From NCBI RefSeq assembly GCF_009914755.1, contig NC_060927.1: DNA of 64,000 nt. One strand, 5' to 3'. The notes beneath the pieces were generated by a model, which saw only the letters and a program-made list of their open reading frames with translations, searched no databases and was not told the origin of the DNA. A program made the position numbers and the translations under genes. How positions within the stretch are numbered: position 1 is the first letter of the stretch; every line of letters starts with the position of its first letter. The DNA comes from the human T2T-CHM13v2.0 reference genome, Homo sapiens. Of this stretch, positions 52,451 to 64,000 are shown piece after piece.

Positions 52451-55076
52451 ATAAACATACAACCTACAGAATAGGAGAAAATATTTCCAAACTATGCATC
52501 TGACAAAGGTTTAATTCCAGGATCTATCAGCATCTATAAGGAACTTAAACAAATTTACAATAGAAAACAACCACATGAAAAAGTGGGCAAAGGACATGAA
52601 TAAATACTTTTCAAAAGAAGACATACATGCAGCCAACAAACATATGAAAAAGCTCAATATCACTAATCATTAGAGAAGTGTAAATCAAAACCACACAGAG
52701 ATACCATCTCACACCAGTTAGAATGGCTATTATCAAAAAGTCAAAAAATAACAAATGCTGCAAGGCTGCGGAGAAAAGGGAACATTTATACTCTGCTGGT
52801 GGGAGTGTAAACTAGCTCAACCATGCTGGAAAGCAGTGTGGCAATTCCTCAAAGACTTAAAAATAGAACTACCGTTTGACCCAGCAATCCCATTACCCAA
52901 AGAAATATAAATCGTTTTACCATAAAGACACGTGCACGCATGTGTTCATTGCAGCACTATTCACAATAGCAAAGACATGGAATCAACATAAAGGCCCATC
53001 AACAGTAGACTGGATAAAGAAATATAGTACATATACACCATGGAATACTATGCAGCCATAAAAAGAATGAGATCATTTCTTTTGCAGGAACATGGATGGA
53101 ACTAGAGGCCATTATTCTTAGCAAACTAACGGAGGAACAGAAAAACCAAATATTGCATGTTCTCACTTATAAGTGGGAGCTAAATAATGAAAACCAATGG
53201 ACATAGGGAGGGGAACAACAGACAGTGGGGCCTACTTGAGGTGGGAGGATGGGAGGAGGGAACAGATCAGGAAAAATAACTATCAGGTACCAGTCTTAGT
53301 AGATGGTGACAAAATCATCTGTACACCAAACCCCTGTGAAACGAAGTCTACCCATATAACAAACCTGCACATATATTCCTGAATCTAAAATAAAAGTTAA
53401 AGAAAAGAATTAGGAGTATGTGGCAGTGAAGGGTTAAGTCTTGGTTTTGCTAAGGTCATTGGTGACAGTAATAATTAATAATAATCATCATCATCATCTT
53501 AGCAGTTCCCATTGATTGAAGCTTATGCCAGGCATTATCCAAGTTATGTTTCTTACGTTACTTTGGGCAAGTATTTTTGAGCCTAATTTTTCTTCTCTGA
53601 TAAAACCGAGCTATTAATAACTACCTAAGTGCCTCCTCCCCAGGCAAGGACCAAATGAGATAAGATAGGTGAGCGTGCTTTAAAAATTGTAAAGTGCTCT
53701 ACAAATGCAGAGTGTCATCATTTTCCGTTGAAATATCAACCTGGGAGGAAGCGAGGGAAGGAGGAGGTTTTCATTCCTCTCTGTAAGCCTACTGCAGCAC
53801 CCTGTGATCTCAGAAGTGCTGGAAACCTGTATTTGGAAGACAAAATGCATTTCTCTGGTGAAATGGGAAGGGACAGGTTTCTTATTGCTTCCAACCCTTC
53901 CAGAATTTGAATTTTCTTCCCTTTCTGTGGTCATCAGTTGTAATTTTATAGAAGCTATTGTGCTTATCCTGAGGGAGTGATAAGGAAGGAATAATACCTA
54001 CCACAGGGGGCTGGGCCAGAAGTGAAAATGTATAAACAATAAACAAGTTATATTTGTATCTCAAATAAAGCATTATTTATTTTTTTCAACTTTAAAATAT
54101 ACTGGTTTGTGATATGATACCAAACCACGGAATGCAGCTCCTAGGAAGACACAAAATTGGGAGATAAAAATTTTTCTGCTCTTCAGCTTTTGGATCATTT
54201 CAAATACTATTGATATTCTACTCATGCCTAGACACCAAAGGGTGAATGTAATTAAAATGCAATGAGATTGTGCGTGTCAAATAAAAAATGTTCTTCACCC
54301 ATGTGTCCCTGGTACTTACGCGCTATGTGTCACCCTAGAGAGGGGAATCATTGAAAATATTGCACTTTATACAGTGAGACTGAGTTAATAAAGCAAGAAA
54401 GACTTTCAAGTAATAGTGGATTCACTCTAAAATTTAAGGCATTTAAAGATCATAGGATGTGGTGCTCCTTCCCTGTTTATTATAGGGGAATAACACTTGT
54501 CTGTATACTGGGAAGACCTGGATTTTGGGGGAGCTCCATGGAAAATTTCTTTCTCTCCCAGATGTCATAGGAAATAGCATAACTATCTATTTTTTTTTCT
54601 AGAAACAAAGATTATGTTGTAATATATAAGTAATCTCACAGTGTCAGCCTGGAATGATGTTTTTAAAGTTTTAAATGTCATCGGTCAGTGGGTAGTTTCT
54701 TTCTAGATTGCAATGGGATCTGTGAACTCTACTATCCTGGGATCCCAGTTTGAGTCTCTGAAGGTGCTAGAAACAGTATTTCAAAGTCAGGCAACTGAGT
54801 TAATCCAAACTTTAAACTGTTATTCCCTGAGGAGATATGAACTGGGATAAGAAAGGGACTAAAAGAGTGAGTCCCATCCTCAAGGTTCTGGGAGCTGTGC
54901 TCTCTGACCCTGTTGACCTAGGAAAGTTGTATCAAACGTCTCACCATCTCACCACTTCGTTAACTCCCACTGTTCACCACAAACCAGGAAGAACGGGAAG
55001 CTCCCCTACATTGTCTTTGGCAAAATCAATTATGTAGATATTAAGAAACTAGTTATGAATTAAAAATGTAAAAAGT

Positions 55077-55292
55077 GGGCTTGGGCACAGTAGCTTATGC
55101 CTTTAATCATTGTACTTTGGAAGGCCTGGGAGGATGAAATTCTGTCTCTACAAAGAATGCAAAAGTTAGCTGGGCATGGTGGTGTGAACCTGCGGAGGCT
55201 GAGGTGGGAGGATCTCCTGAGTATGGAGGTCGAGGCTGCTGTGAGCCAAGACTGCACTCCAGCCTGGGTGACAGAATGAGACCCTCTTTCAA

Positions 55293-55329
<37 letters not shown>

Positions 55330-55338
55330 TAATAATAA
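55077..55338 (+). mobile_element. AluJ with internal deletions and (TAA)n tail
   Basis: GAGGCTGAGGTGGGAGGATC..GTCGAGGCTGC; shortened monomers. Confidence 0.85.
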
Positions 55339-55339
55339 A

Positions 55340-55830
55340 GTATAAAGTGTATATCTTTTGATTTACTGTTTGCACTTCTAAGAGTTTACCCTAAGGATTA
55401 AATCAGGAATACACAAAGGATTATGTCAAAGTGGGTGATGAAATTTTGTATAATCCTAAAGAAAAAAAGAAAAAGAGCATAATATCCATCAAGAGGGAAT
55501 TGATTAAATAAATTGTGGTTATGCACAGATTAAATGCAATGACATAGAATAATTTATATTTTAATTCATTATCATTTATTAATATCAATATTAGTAAATA
55601 CATATTGTTGACTGAAAAACACATTACAGAACCATGGAATCCCATACAAGAGAAGTGTGTGCTTGGGTGTGTATAACTGTACTACAGAAAGGTTAATCAC
55701 CAAAATGTTTGTTAAGGTTCCTCTCTGGGTTACAGATATGTGATTTTTATTTTCTTCTTTATGTGTAACTGTTTTACTAGACATTCCATAAAGAGCATGT
55801 GGCATTTTGATAATCAAAAGCTCATTTTAT
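55340..55830 (+). mobile_element. L1ME 3' fragment
   Basis: GATTAAATAAATTGTGGT..CATATTG..GAAAAACACATTACAGAAC. Confidence 0.55.
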
Positions 55831-56000
55831 TCAGAAAAAAATGATTCTCTCTTCAAAACCCACCTAATCTCTTAATTATTTGCTAAAATGAAGCAAGAAT
55901 TCTTTCACTTAGTAAAGGATTTACTGCTTTGTGAAGAAGAGGAGTCTATGAAACTCGACAGTGTGTATGGCATTAGAAATTACATGATTTGGCATTATAT

Positions 56001-56473
56001 GAAAAAGATACCTGCTTACGTATGTTTATCACAGCACAATTCACAATCGCAAAGATATGGAGCCAACCTAAGTGCCCATGAACTGATGAGTGGATAAAGA
56101 AAATGTGGTGTATATGCACCATGGATACTACTCAGCCATCAAAAACAACGAAATAATGTCTTTTGCAGCAACTTGGATGGAGCTGGAGGCCATTATCCTA
56201 AGTGAAGTAACTCAGGAATGGAAAACCAAATACCGCATGTTCTCACTTATAAGTGGGAGCTATGCTATGGGTATGCAAAGGCATACAGAGGGGTATAATG
56301 GACATTGGAGACTCAGAATGGGGAAGAGTGGAAGGGGGGTGAGGGATAAAAAGCTGTTGGATACAGTGTACAATGCTGTGTTGGGTGCATTTAAATCTCT
56401 GATGACACCACTATACAATTCATCTGTGTAACCAAAAACCACTTGTACCTCCAAAGCTACTGAAATAAAAAAA
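56001..56473 (+). mobile_element. L1PB 3' end
   Basis: GCAGCAACTTGGATGGAGCTGGAGGCCATTATCCTAAGTGAAGTAACTCAGGAATGGAAAACC; ends GCTACTGAAATAAAAA. Confidence 0.88.
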
Positions 56474-56723
56474 TTATTCAAAGAAAATGACAAGACTTGG
56501 GAGTGAAGACTCAAGCATAAGCTGCAACTTTATTATTACCATGTCAAAGTCATGTCCATTTTCGCATCTACAAAAGGAAAGTCATAATCATCACCTTACT
56601 CAGGCCCTGAGAAGTTACTAATACTCGGCATTTTATAGCATTTAAATTGTCAGTGCATTGTATTTTCACTATGTCCTACAAGGCTCACTGGTGGACAGTA
56701 GCATCTGCTCTCCTTTAAACCAT

Positions 56724-57018
56724 TTTTAAATTTATTTTATTTTAATTTTTTTAAAGCCAAGTCTTGCTTTTTCACCCAGGCTGGAGTACTGGGGCATGAT
56801 CACAGCTCACTGCAGCCTCAAATACCTGAGCTCAAGCAATCCTTCTGCCTCAGCCTCCCAAGTAGCTAGGACTACAGGTGCTTACCATCATGCTTGGCTA
56901 AATTTTTTTTTTTTTTATAGAGGCATGGTTTCACTATGCTGCCCAGGCCGGTCTTGAACTCCTGGCTCAGCCTCCCAGAAGGCTTGGGATTATAGGTACA
57001 AGCCATCACAACCAGCCC
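56724..57018 (-). mobile_element. AluJ
   Basis: GATCACAGCTCACTGCAGCCTC and GCTCAAGCAATCC. Confidence 0.88.
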
Positions 57019-57149
57019 CAATCTCATAAGTTAGAAGACTATTCTTGATATGATAAAATATTCACAGCATGTATTGTAATTGAAATTGGCAGGCTACGAG
57101 GCAATGTATAACTATAATAAAAATTATAATAGGAACGATACATAAGAGT

Positions 57150-57365
57150 ATCTATTAGGTATCCCCTATGACAGGAACTGTGCTGAGCATGGGGTATGTA
57201 TTTTCTTATTCACTCCCCAAAGCAATCTTAGGGCGTAGGGACTTTTTTAATCCCCATTTTATAGCTGAGCATGTCATTTTACAGCGAATCATAAATACTT
57301 GTCCAGGATCCAGCTGAGATTGGAATCCAGGTGTGTTTGAACCCAAGGAACAGACTTTTAACCGC
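57150..57365 (-). mobile_element. MIR
   Basis: ATCCCCATTTTATAGCTGAG..GGAATCCAGG..TTTTAACC. Confidence 0.65.
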
Positions 57366-59019
57366 CCTGGGGTGTGAGAGTGTGTGTGTAGATAAAGGCC
57401 TGCTCAAGGAAGAAGGAGGAGGAAAGAGCTGAGGAGGAAGATGTTGATGTATTTTTAATTGTGCATCAGTCTTCCTGGTGGTGACAGGTCTCTTAGTGTC
57501 ATGACCAGCTCTGCCATTTGCAACGGTAGGAATTACAGTCTTTCAAAATCCGTTTCTGGTCATTGCTGAACCCAAATTTACATAAAAACAGGCCCTTGAA
57601 GTCAACCTCTTAAGTTTTAGAAAAAGATATTCCTCCCTGAAATTGGAGTGACATCTCCAGTGAACTATCCTGGCAGCAGAGTTGTCCCCTGCAGCTGACC
57701 AGTGGAGGTCAGCCAGCCCCCGCCAGGCAGCGGATGAACCTCAGCCACCTGTCGGCCACAGCAGCTGGAGGACCTCCGGAAGCGATGGCTCCTGAAGGTG
57801 ACCTCTGTGTGACACACAAGCGTGGTGAAATGGAAACGTCCATGTTGATCTAGTGCCATCTGAGACCCCAGTATTAACTGTGCACAGTTTCCCAGTCATC
57901 GTATCAGCGTCTCACCCTCTGTGAAAGTCTGTAACAGCAGTTATCAATGGATTTCAGCTACTATCTCCAAGACATGTGACAAATGTTGCTCAGATACAAT
58001 GCACTTTCCAAGAGATTTACCCAAATTTTGACCCAAAATATTTTGAGGGGAAGTAGAGGTCTACAATAATTTGTGAATCTCCATAATAACTATTAACCAT
58101 ACAGTAGTACCAAGTTCTCAGTACATTCTGAGCCACAAGAGACAGGTGGTGGGTTATGAGTAATTTAAGTTTTTAAAGCATTTCCCAATTCTGGTTGTGC
58201 TAGCTACTCAAGATGAATATCAGGATGCAGCACAGTTATATTACAGTGGGGACAACCTTGAAACCCTTCTAATTTAAATTTTTAAAGTACATTTATTTGC
58301 CAGTTCTACTGTTGGAAACGTTACAGTGGTGTCCCTATCATCCGTGCGTTTGAGTTATGCAAACTCAAAATACATTGCTATAGTGAAAATACTGAAAAAT
58401 TTCATGGTAATATATATCCTTTTAGAGATATTTACCTATATATTTATATGTATATATTTATACTTGCAATTGTGTACAGATTGCATGTATAAATAATACT
58501 GCATATTTATGCTGTGTGTGTACTGTACTTAATGGGTAATTTGAGGAATTTCCAAGGGTAATTTTGGCTATAACTACTTTTTGCTTTAAGCAACATCTGC
58601 TCTCCCCACTCCTGCCCCTCCCATTGTCACCACCACCACTTCAAATTGAAATTCCATTGTGTTTATGATATCTTACTTTTGATACTTCTCATCAGTGGCT
58701 GTAAGATCCACAAAGTGCTATCAGCTCGTGGTTAACTCTAAATATTATTCATGACTAGTTCAAGGTAGCTGCTGCTTTTTCTTGGTTCAAATTTGTGAAG
58801 CTTGCGTCATCATCTGTTAATATTGCATGCCCATCCCCACTGGGTACCAGACACTGCATTACTCTAAAAATATACTTCCTTTTCCACCAGGCTTTTTGAG
58901 TAGTCTGAAAACTGGTTTAACTGCATGCTTTTATTTTTGGTGTTGGTGGCAATGGAAAATGGGGTATGATAATAGTTTCACTGACATCAAGAAAGCTTGG
59001 GTTTGTTTTTCCTGCACAG

Positions 59020-59600
59020 AATAGAATTATCTCTGTAAAACATACATCTGACTTTGTTTCTCTTCCATGCTTAAAATCCTTCAGCAGCTCCCCCTTAAGC
59101 ACATGATAAAGTCCAAACTTCACGTCCACATGACTTACAAAACTTTGCTTTTTCTCCCAGCATGCCTCTCCCTTATATACTCAGTGTGTTCACCACAACA
59201 AACCCTTGTATTGCTCATACCAGGGTTTTTCACAACTCCAAGCTTTTGTCCCTGCTGTCTCCGTTGTCAGAAATGTTGTCATGGTCTCCACTCCCTTAGT
59301 GGGTTTATACACCTTGAACACCATGCTCAAATATCACTTCCTTTGTACTGCCTTCTGTGACTTCCTGAGCCAGACCTGGCCATGCCTTTTCTTATATATA
59401 TTTGGTATATTTTTATGCTTCTATTGAGGCAGTTATCAACCTTTAATGAAATGATAAATTTAAACGTCCATCTCCTCTATTAGGCAGTGAACACAACAAA
59501 AGCAGAGGTAATGCTTTATTTACCTTTGCAATCCCAGTACCTAGCATGGGGATTGGAACCCAGTGGTTCCGTATATGCTGAATGAGTGAAGAAATGAATG
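59020..59600 (+). mobile_element. L2 3' fragment
   Basis: TGCTTAAAATCCTTCA..GATAAAGTCCAAACT..CCCAGTACCTAGCA..TGAATGAGTGAA. Confidence 0.75.
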
Positions 59601-59882
59601 GCAGACAGAGATACAATCTTCGAAATTAATTCATTGAGGTGTTTTTGACCCCAGATCCAGATATAAACTGCAGAAGTTCAATGAATTTCCTCTAAAATGA
59701 ATGCTAAATTGTGATTGAATCTCTGTGTGTATACTTGTGCATACATTTATCTGGGAAGCTAATCCATAGCCTTCATCATATTCCCAAAGGAATGTAGGAT
59801 GTATTAAAGGGGATACAAATCACTGACATAATTCAATCTCCTCAAAAAATTAAGATCTCCCTTTCTCCCGCTGCATGACAAA

Positions 59883-59925
59883 AACAACCAACCAACCAAC
59901 CAAACAAACAAACAAACAAACAAAC
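59883..59925. repeat. (CAAC)n(AAAC)n microsatellite
   Basis: Read directly. Confidence 0.85.
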
Positions 59926-60919
59926 TAAACCAAGGGGAATGGGGGCTTTTGAAAGGAATGAGTAGGCAGGAATGTCCCTGAAAGATGAGGTCTGCATGAT
60001 AGTCTTGTTTTAGTCCTGAAGGGGACGGCGGAGCCCAAAATATCAGTGCTCAGAAAGATTTGGACCTAACTGGCATGCAATGCAAGCCCGGAGCTTAGTT
60101 CATTCACTCCTTTGTCCATTGTGGAATTATCTAATGACAAGAGGGATGTGGGTGGTAACAAGTGAGGTGCCTTCTTCTCCCTTCCTGTTGAGTCATTCTC
60201 CAAATAATGTTCAGAGTATGAGGGGAAGTAACATTAGCTTGAGGATTTTTTGTTATTTGAAATCTGTAACTAAATAACAGCACTACTCATTGTGGCTTTT
60301 CCTTTCTTTCTGGTTTCATAAATTTCCCTTACATTTTCAACTGGGTGAGTTATTTGCCATTTGCTTTCCTAACCTGGTGTTTGTGCAGCATCACTGGCAA
60401 AAGTTAATATGTGCTTCTTGCTGCCCCAGGGATTCTTGCAGCTCTGTAATGATGAAATTAATCTATAAATGTGGTCTCTAAAAGCACCTCTGGGTCTCAA
60501 TCTTTGAATGAAAGGCAGAGTGGAATGGAAGGGATCTGTTGCTTTCATTATCATTATCTAAATGGATGCAAATGCAGCAGATTGAAAATGCTCATCCTTA
60601 CCAGAAATGATAAGAATCCAAAGACCTGCTATTTGCATGTTTAATTGCAATGGCGCATTGAGAGACAGAATTACTGTGTGGGGGTTATGGGCACTTCACA
60701 AACGGTAATTGTCCTCCACACTTATTTTTGTCATCTTGATGAGTGTTAGAAGATGGCTAGGCTTTCTAAACACTTGCACGCTTCCAACTAGGGAGGATAT
60801 TTTGGCACATTAGGAAAACATGGCATGAATTCAAGTGAGCTGAGTTACATTAGCCCGTCTTTTCTGGTTAGTTCTGGTTAAATGGTAACTTTCCATAAAG
60901 TGCCTTCCTTTTCCTGGCA

Positions 60920-61140
60920 GTAACATTTACTGAGCACAAAGTTGCATTTCAGGTACAGAACCAAGCTCTTTACACACTTCTCTCATTTGACTCCAATATC
61001 TGAGGTAGATTCTATTACTATTTTCATTTTACAAATAGGAAATCCGACACAGAGAGAAATCTAGTAACTTAGCCAAGTTTACATAGGAAATGACTAAGTC
61101 AAGATATAAATGCTTATTTGTCTGATTCCCAAGCCAAAGT
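60920..61140 (-). mobile_element. MIR
   Basis: AACATTTACTGAGCAC..CATTTTACAAATAGGAAA..GTCTGATTCCCAAGCC. Confidence 0.7.
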
Positions 61141-61424
61141 TGTTGGTATGTGAAATAACTTTTTTTCTATCATCAAAGCTCTCATTTATCAACCATTTTT
61201 TCATCCATTCATACATCAGATATTTATTGAGCAACTACTATAGGCTAGCTATTATGTGCAGTAAAAAAATGGAAGCAAAACATTGCCCCTGCCTTCAAGT
61301 CCATGCTTGAAATAACCAAAAATGAAATTCTGTTGTTTCTTTATACAAGCATCAACAGAGCATCATTTTTGCCACCTTCCTCCTCATCAACATCATCATC
61401 ATCAGAATTACTTTTTACTAAGCC

Positions 61425-61884
61425 TGAGAAAGTTGTCAGAACCAAAATGGAGTCGCTTGTGTTTAAAAAAACAAAAAACAAAAAGCCATGACAAATAGAG
61501 GCAGGGAAGGCTGTAAAGAGAGGGTCCTCAAACTTCTGTGCCTGATAAGAAAAACTATCATAAAAGACTCTGCAAAAACTGCAACCTTGCCAAAGGCCAT
61601 CACAACCTTGCACAAAAAAGTACTTCTGTGGAGACATCTGCCCAGCAACTGCCTGTCCAACATCAGACTGATGTCACTCTTGTTATTGATCTCCGTAGCC
61701 AAGAAGAATCATTTGAAAACAATTATGTAATCCTCCTCATTTTTCCTTTAAAACCCTTTGTCTTCCTTTACCTCCCTGAATACACACACCATTTACTATG
61801 GCATGCATATTCCCATTGCAATGCCTATTCCTAAATACATATCTTTTATTTTAGAGAGGCTCTTTCTGTTTATGTTGGTTGACA
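61425..61884 (+). mobile_element. Solo ERV LTR (LTR47/MER72-like) inserted in a MIR
   Basis: TG...CA termini, CAAAATGGAGTC near the 5' end, 4-bp TSD AGCC. Confidence 0.75.
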
Positions 61885-62420
61885 AGCCCTTAACATCTGC
61901 CAGGTGCTGTATTGGGCACTATTTACTTCTAACAACCTTTTGAGGTAAGTGTGATCATCCCCACAATATGGCTAAAGAAACCACAGCTCACAGAGCTTAA
62001 ATGACTTTGCCCATGCCACCCAGCTAGTAAGTGGAAGAGCCAGCATTGAAGTCCAGGGCTGTCTGATTCTAAAGCCACATATTTTAATAACAATATCACC
62101 CGAGGATTCTGAGACCACTCAACAAACCAATGTCACTTAAGGATTTTTTAGAGACTACTTTAAAAGCAATGTGAATAAAATGCTTAATGAAGAACCAAAG
62201 CTATATGAACTGAGTTCTCAGTCCCTGCCAGTACTGTGCTAGAAACTGTCCATGTATGCTCTCATTCAAGTATCTCCATAGCCTCCATAGATCTTGTTAG
62301 TTCTATTTTGCAGGTGAGGAATCTGAGGCTCAGAAAGAGGAAGTAACTTGCCCAAGGTCACACACAGTGGAGGCAATATTTAAGTCCAGATCTGCTTGAT
62401 TTTAAAGCCCTATATTTTAC
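61885..62420 (-). mobile_element. Two tandem MIRs (~61885-62090 and ~62200-62420)
   Basis: CAGCTAGTAAGTGG; GAGGAATCTGAGGCTCAGA..GTAACTTGCCCAAGGTCAC. Confidence 0.8.
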
Positions 62421-62647
62421 TAACAACATCACCCAGAGCGTTCCTAGGGAAAATGCTCATTTTCAGAAAAAAATCCAGAAAATGCTTACCAAATAGCAAC
62501 CCCTAAGTTAGTTGCCTAAAGGATACAGGCTGCTGGGTAGGCTTCATCTTAACAAGGGTTTCCCTTCCCCAGACCCATGCAACATTATTTTTCTCCTATT
62601 TTAAAAAAACTCTTTTTTCCCCCTTCTTGCTTGGTAGGAGGACGGGG

Positions 62648-62671
62648 TGTGTGTGTGTGTGTGTGTGTGTG
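62648..62671. repeat. (TG)n microsatellite
   Basis: Read directly. Confidence 0.9.
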
Positions 62672-63094
62672 CATTTGCGGAATGGAACAATAAAAAGGAG
62701 AGAGACATGCATAGAGATAAACGGATTGCAGAGAACTCAGGAGATCCAAGTTGATCTAAAGGCCCTGGGGTCTGGCTTCTTGCAATCTCTCTTTACCTGT
62801 TGATAACAGCTCACTTCTGGATAAGTCAGCAGGGGGTTGGGGGTGGGGAGTCATTTTTAAGGAGAAGGAGAGCCTCTGTATTAGTTAAATCCTTTTAACA
62901 TATATAGTAAAAGGGAAAGAATCCCACCACTCACAATTTTCCCTGGAATGTTGCTGGGTTTTGGATTCTGATTCAGCTTCAGAAGGCTGGGATCCCACAG
63001 AGCATTAGAAGGACTGGTGTGATAAGAACAAGATCATCTATTAAGCACCTATTACATACTGGTGTGATGCTGAGGACTTTGCATTCATTACATC

Positions 63095-63456
63095 TGCTAC
63101 GGTTTGAATGTAGTGTCCCCTTCAAAATTCATGCTGAAACTTAATCCCCATTGTGGTGGTATTAAGAGTTGGACCCTTTTAGGAGGTGATTGAGTCATAA
63201 GGGTGGAGCCCTCATGAACGCCCTTATAAAAGAAGCTTTAGAGAGAGTTTGCCTCTCTTGTTCTTCTGCCTTCGGCCACTGAGGACACAGCATCAAGGTG
63301 CCATCTTGAAAGCAGAGAGCAACCCTCACCAGACAGCAATGCCAGTGCCTCAATCTGGTACTTCCATCCTCTAGAACTGTGAGAAACAAATTTTGATTCT
63401 TAATAAATTCCTCAGTCCTTGGCATTTTGTTATAATAATGCGAATGGACTAAGACA
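63095..63456 (+). mobile_element. MST (approx. MSTD) MaLR solo LTR inserted in a MIR (~63040-63630)
   Basis: TGCTACGGTTTGAATG..CAAAATTCATGCTGAAACTTAATCCCC..ATGGACTAAGACA; TSD-like ACATC/ACCTC. Confidence 0.88.
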
Positions 63457-64000
63457 ACCTCATATGACTCTTTCACCTACCCTGCAAATGAGGCAGTTGT
63501 ATGCCCTTTTGATAAGGCTAGGAAATTGTGGGTTCAGAGAGACAAAACTTTTCCCAAGAGACACATAATGTTCTCTAAGATTGTACAGCCAGTATGACAT
63601 AGACCTGGGATTCAAATCTAAGATTAGATTTTAAGTGCAATTTATGTGTCTCTTCAGTGGCCAAATATCTGCACTTGCTTCTTCTGGTTAAACATAATTT
63701 GCTGTCTGACATCCTTATCTCAGCCACTGACCCCTGAGTCATCTCCCTTCTCTATCCCCTTTCTCACTGCCAACATGTAATGGGCTTGCAAGATGGAATG
63801 CCTCCCCTACTACCTGTCCCTTCTAGGGAATCCCTACCCTTAAATATTCTTTATGCAGGAATTCAAAACTACATGTTGACCAGATAATCCCAATCATGGA
63901 TTGGGAATAGACAGTTCATCTAAGAGTAGCCAACCAATAGCAGGCTGGCAACCTGTGGGGTGAGCTACTGTGAAGCCTCATGCATTGCCATGTGCTGTGG

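Noticed and set aside
58322-58740. Possible Tigger-like DNA transposon remnant with a TA-rich core
   Set aside because: Too degraded to establish termini or family.

Overview
Human genomic DNA: it carries the human-specific subfamilies AluYa5 and AluYb8. The window is AT-rich, CpG-depleted and intronic or intergenic in character, and most of it is transposable-element fossil. I recognise no host protein-coding exon; the ORF track is explained by Alu, L1 and MaLR open frames or by chance. Main content: about 15 Alus; a ~21 kb L1-dense block at 32.1-53.4 kb (an L1MA carrying a perfect AluYb8, a full-length L1PA7-like element nested in an older L1PA15/16-like element, and a head-to-head L1PA neighbour); a complete THE1B MaLR provirus nested in MER81, itself nested in MLT1; several hAT DNA-transposon fossils; solo LTRs; and a 33-nt tailless U2 snRNA retrocopy. 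The best-supported unusual observations are mechanistic: two L1 insertions with short 3' transductions bounded by target-site duplications (TSDs), the U2 retrocopy with TSDs, two young and possibly polymorphic Alus, two independent inverted L1s truncated at nearly the same ORF2 position, and two local duplication or conversion events. A ~3 kb repeat-poor island at 22.9-25.9 kb shows collinear short motif matches to bornavirus N/P/M/G, but a control comparison gave an equally good match by chance, so this is only a testable speculation. I cannot support a novel biological system. Subfamily names come from recalled consensus sequences, and boundaries of old elements are approximate.
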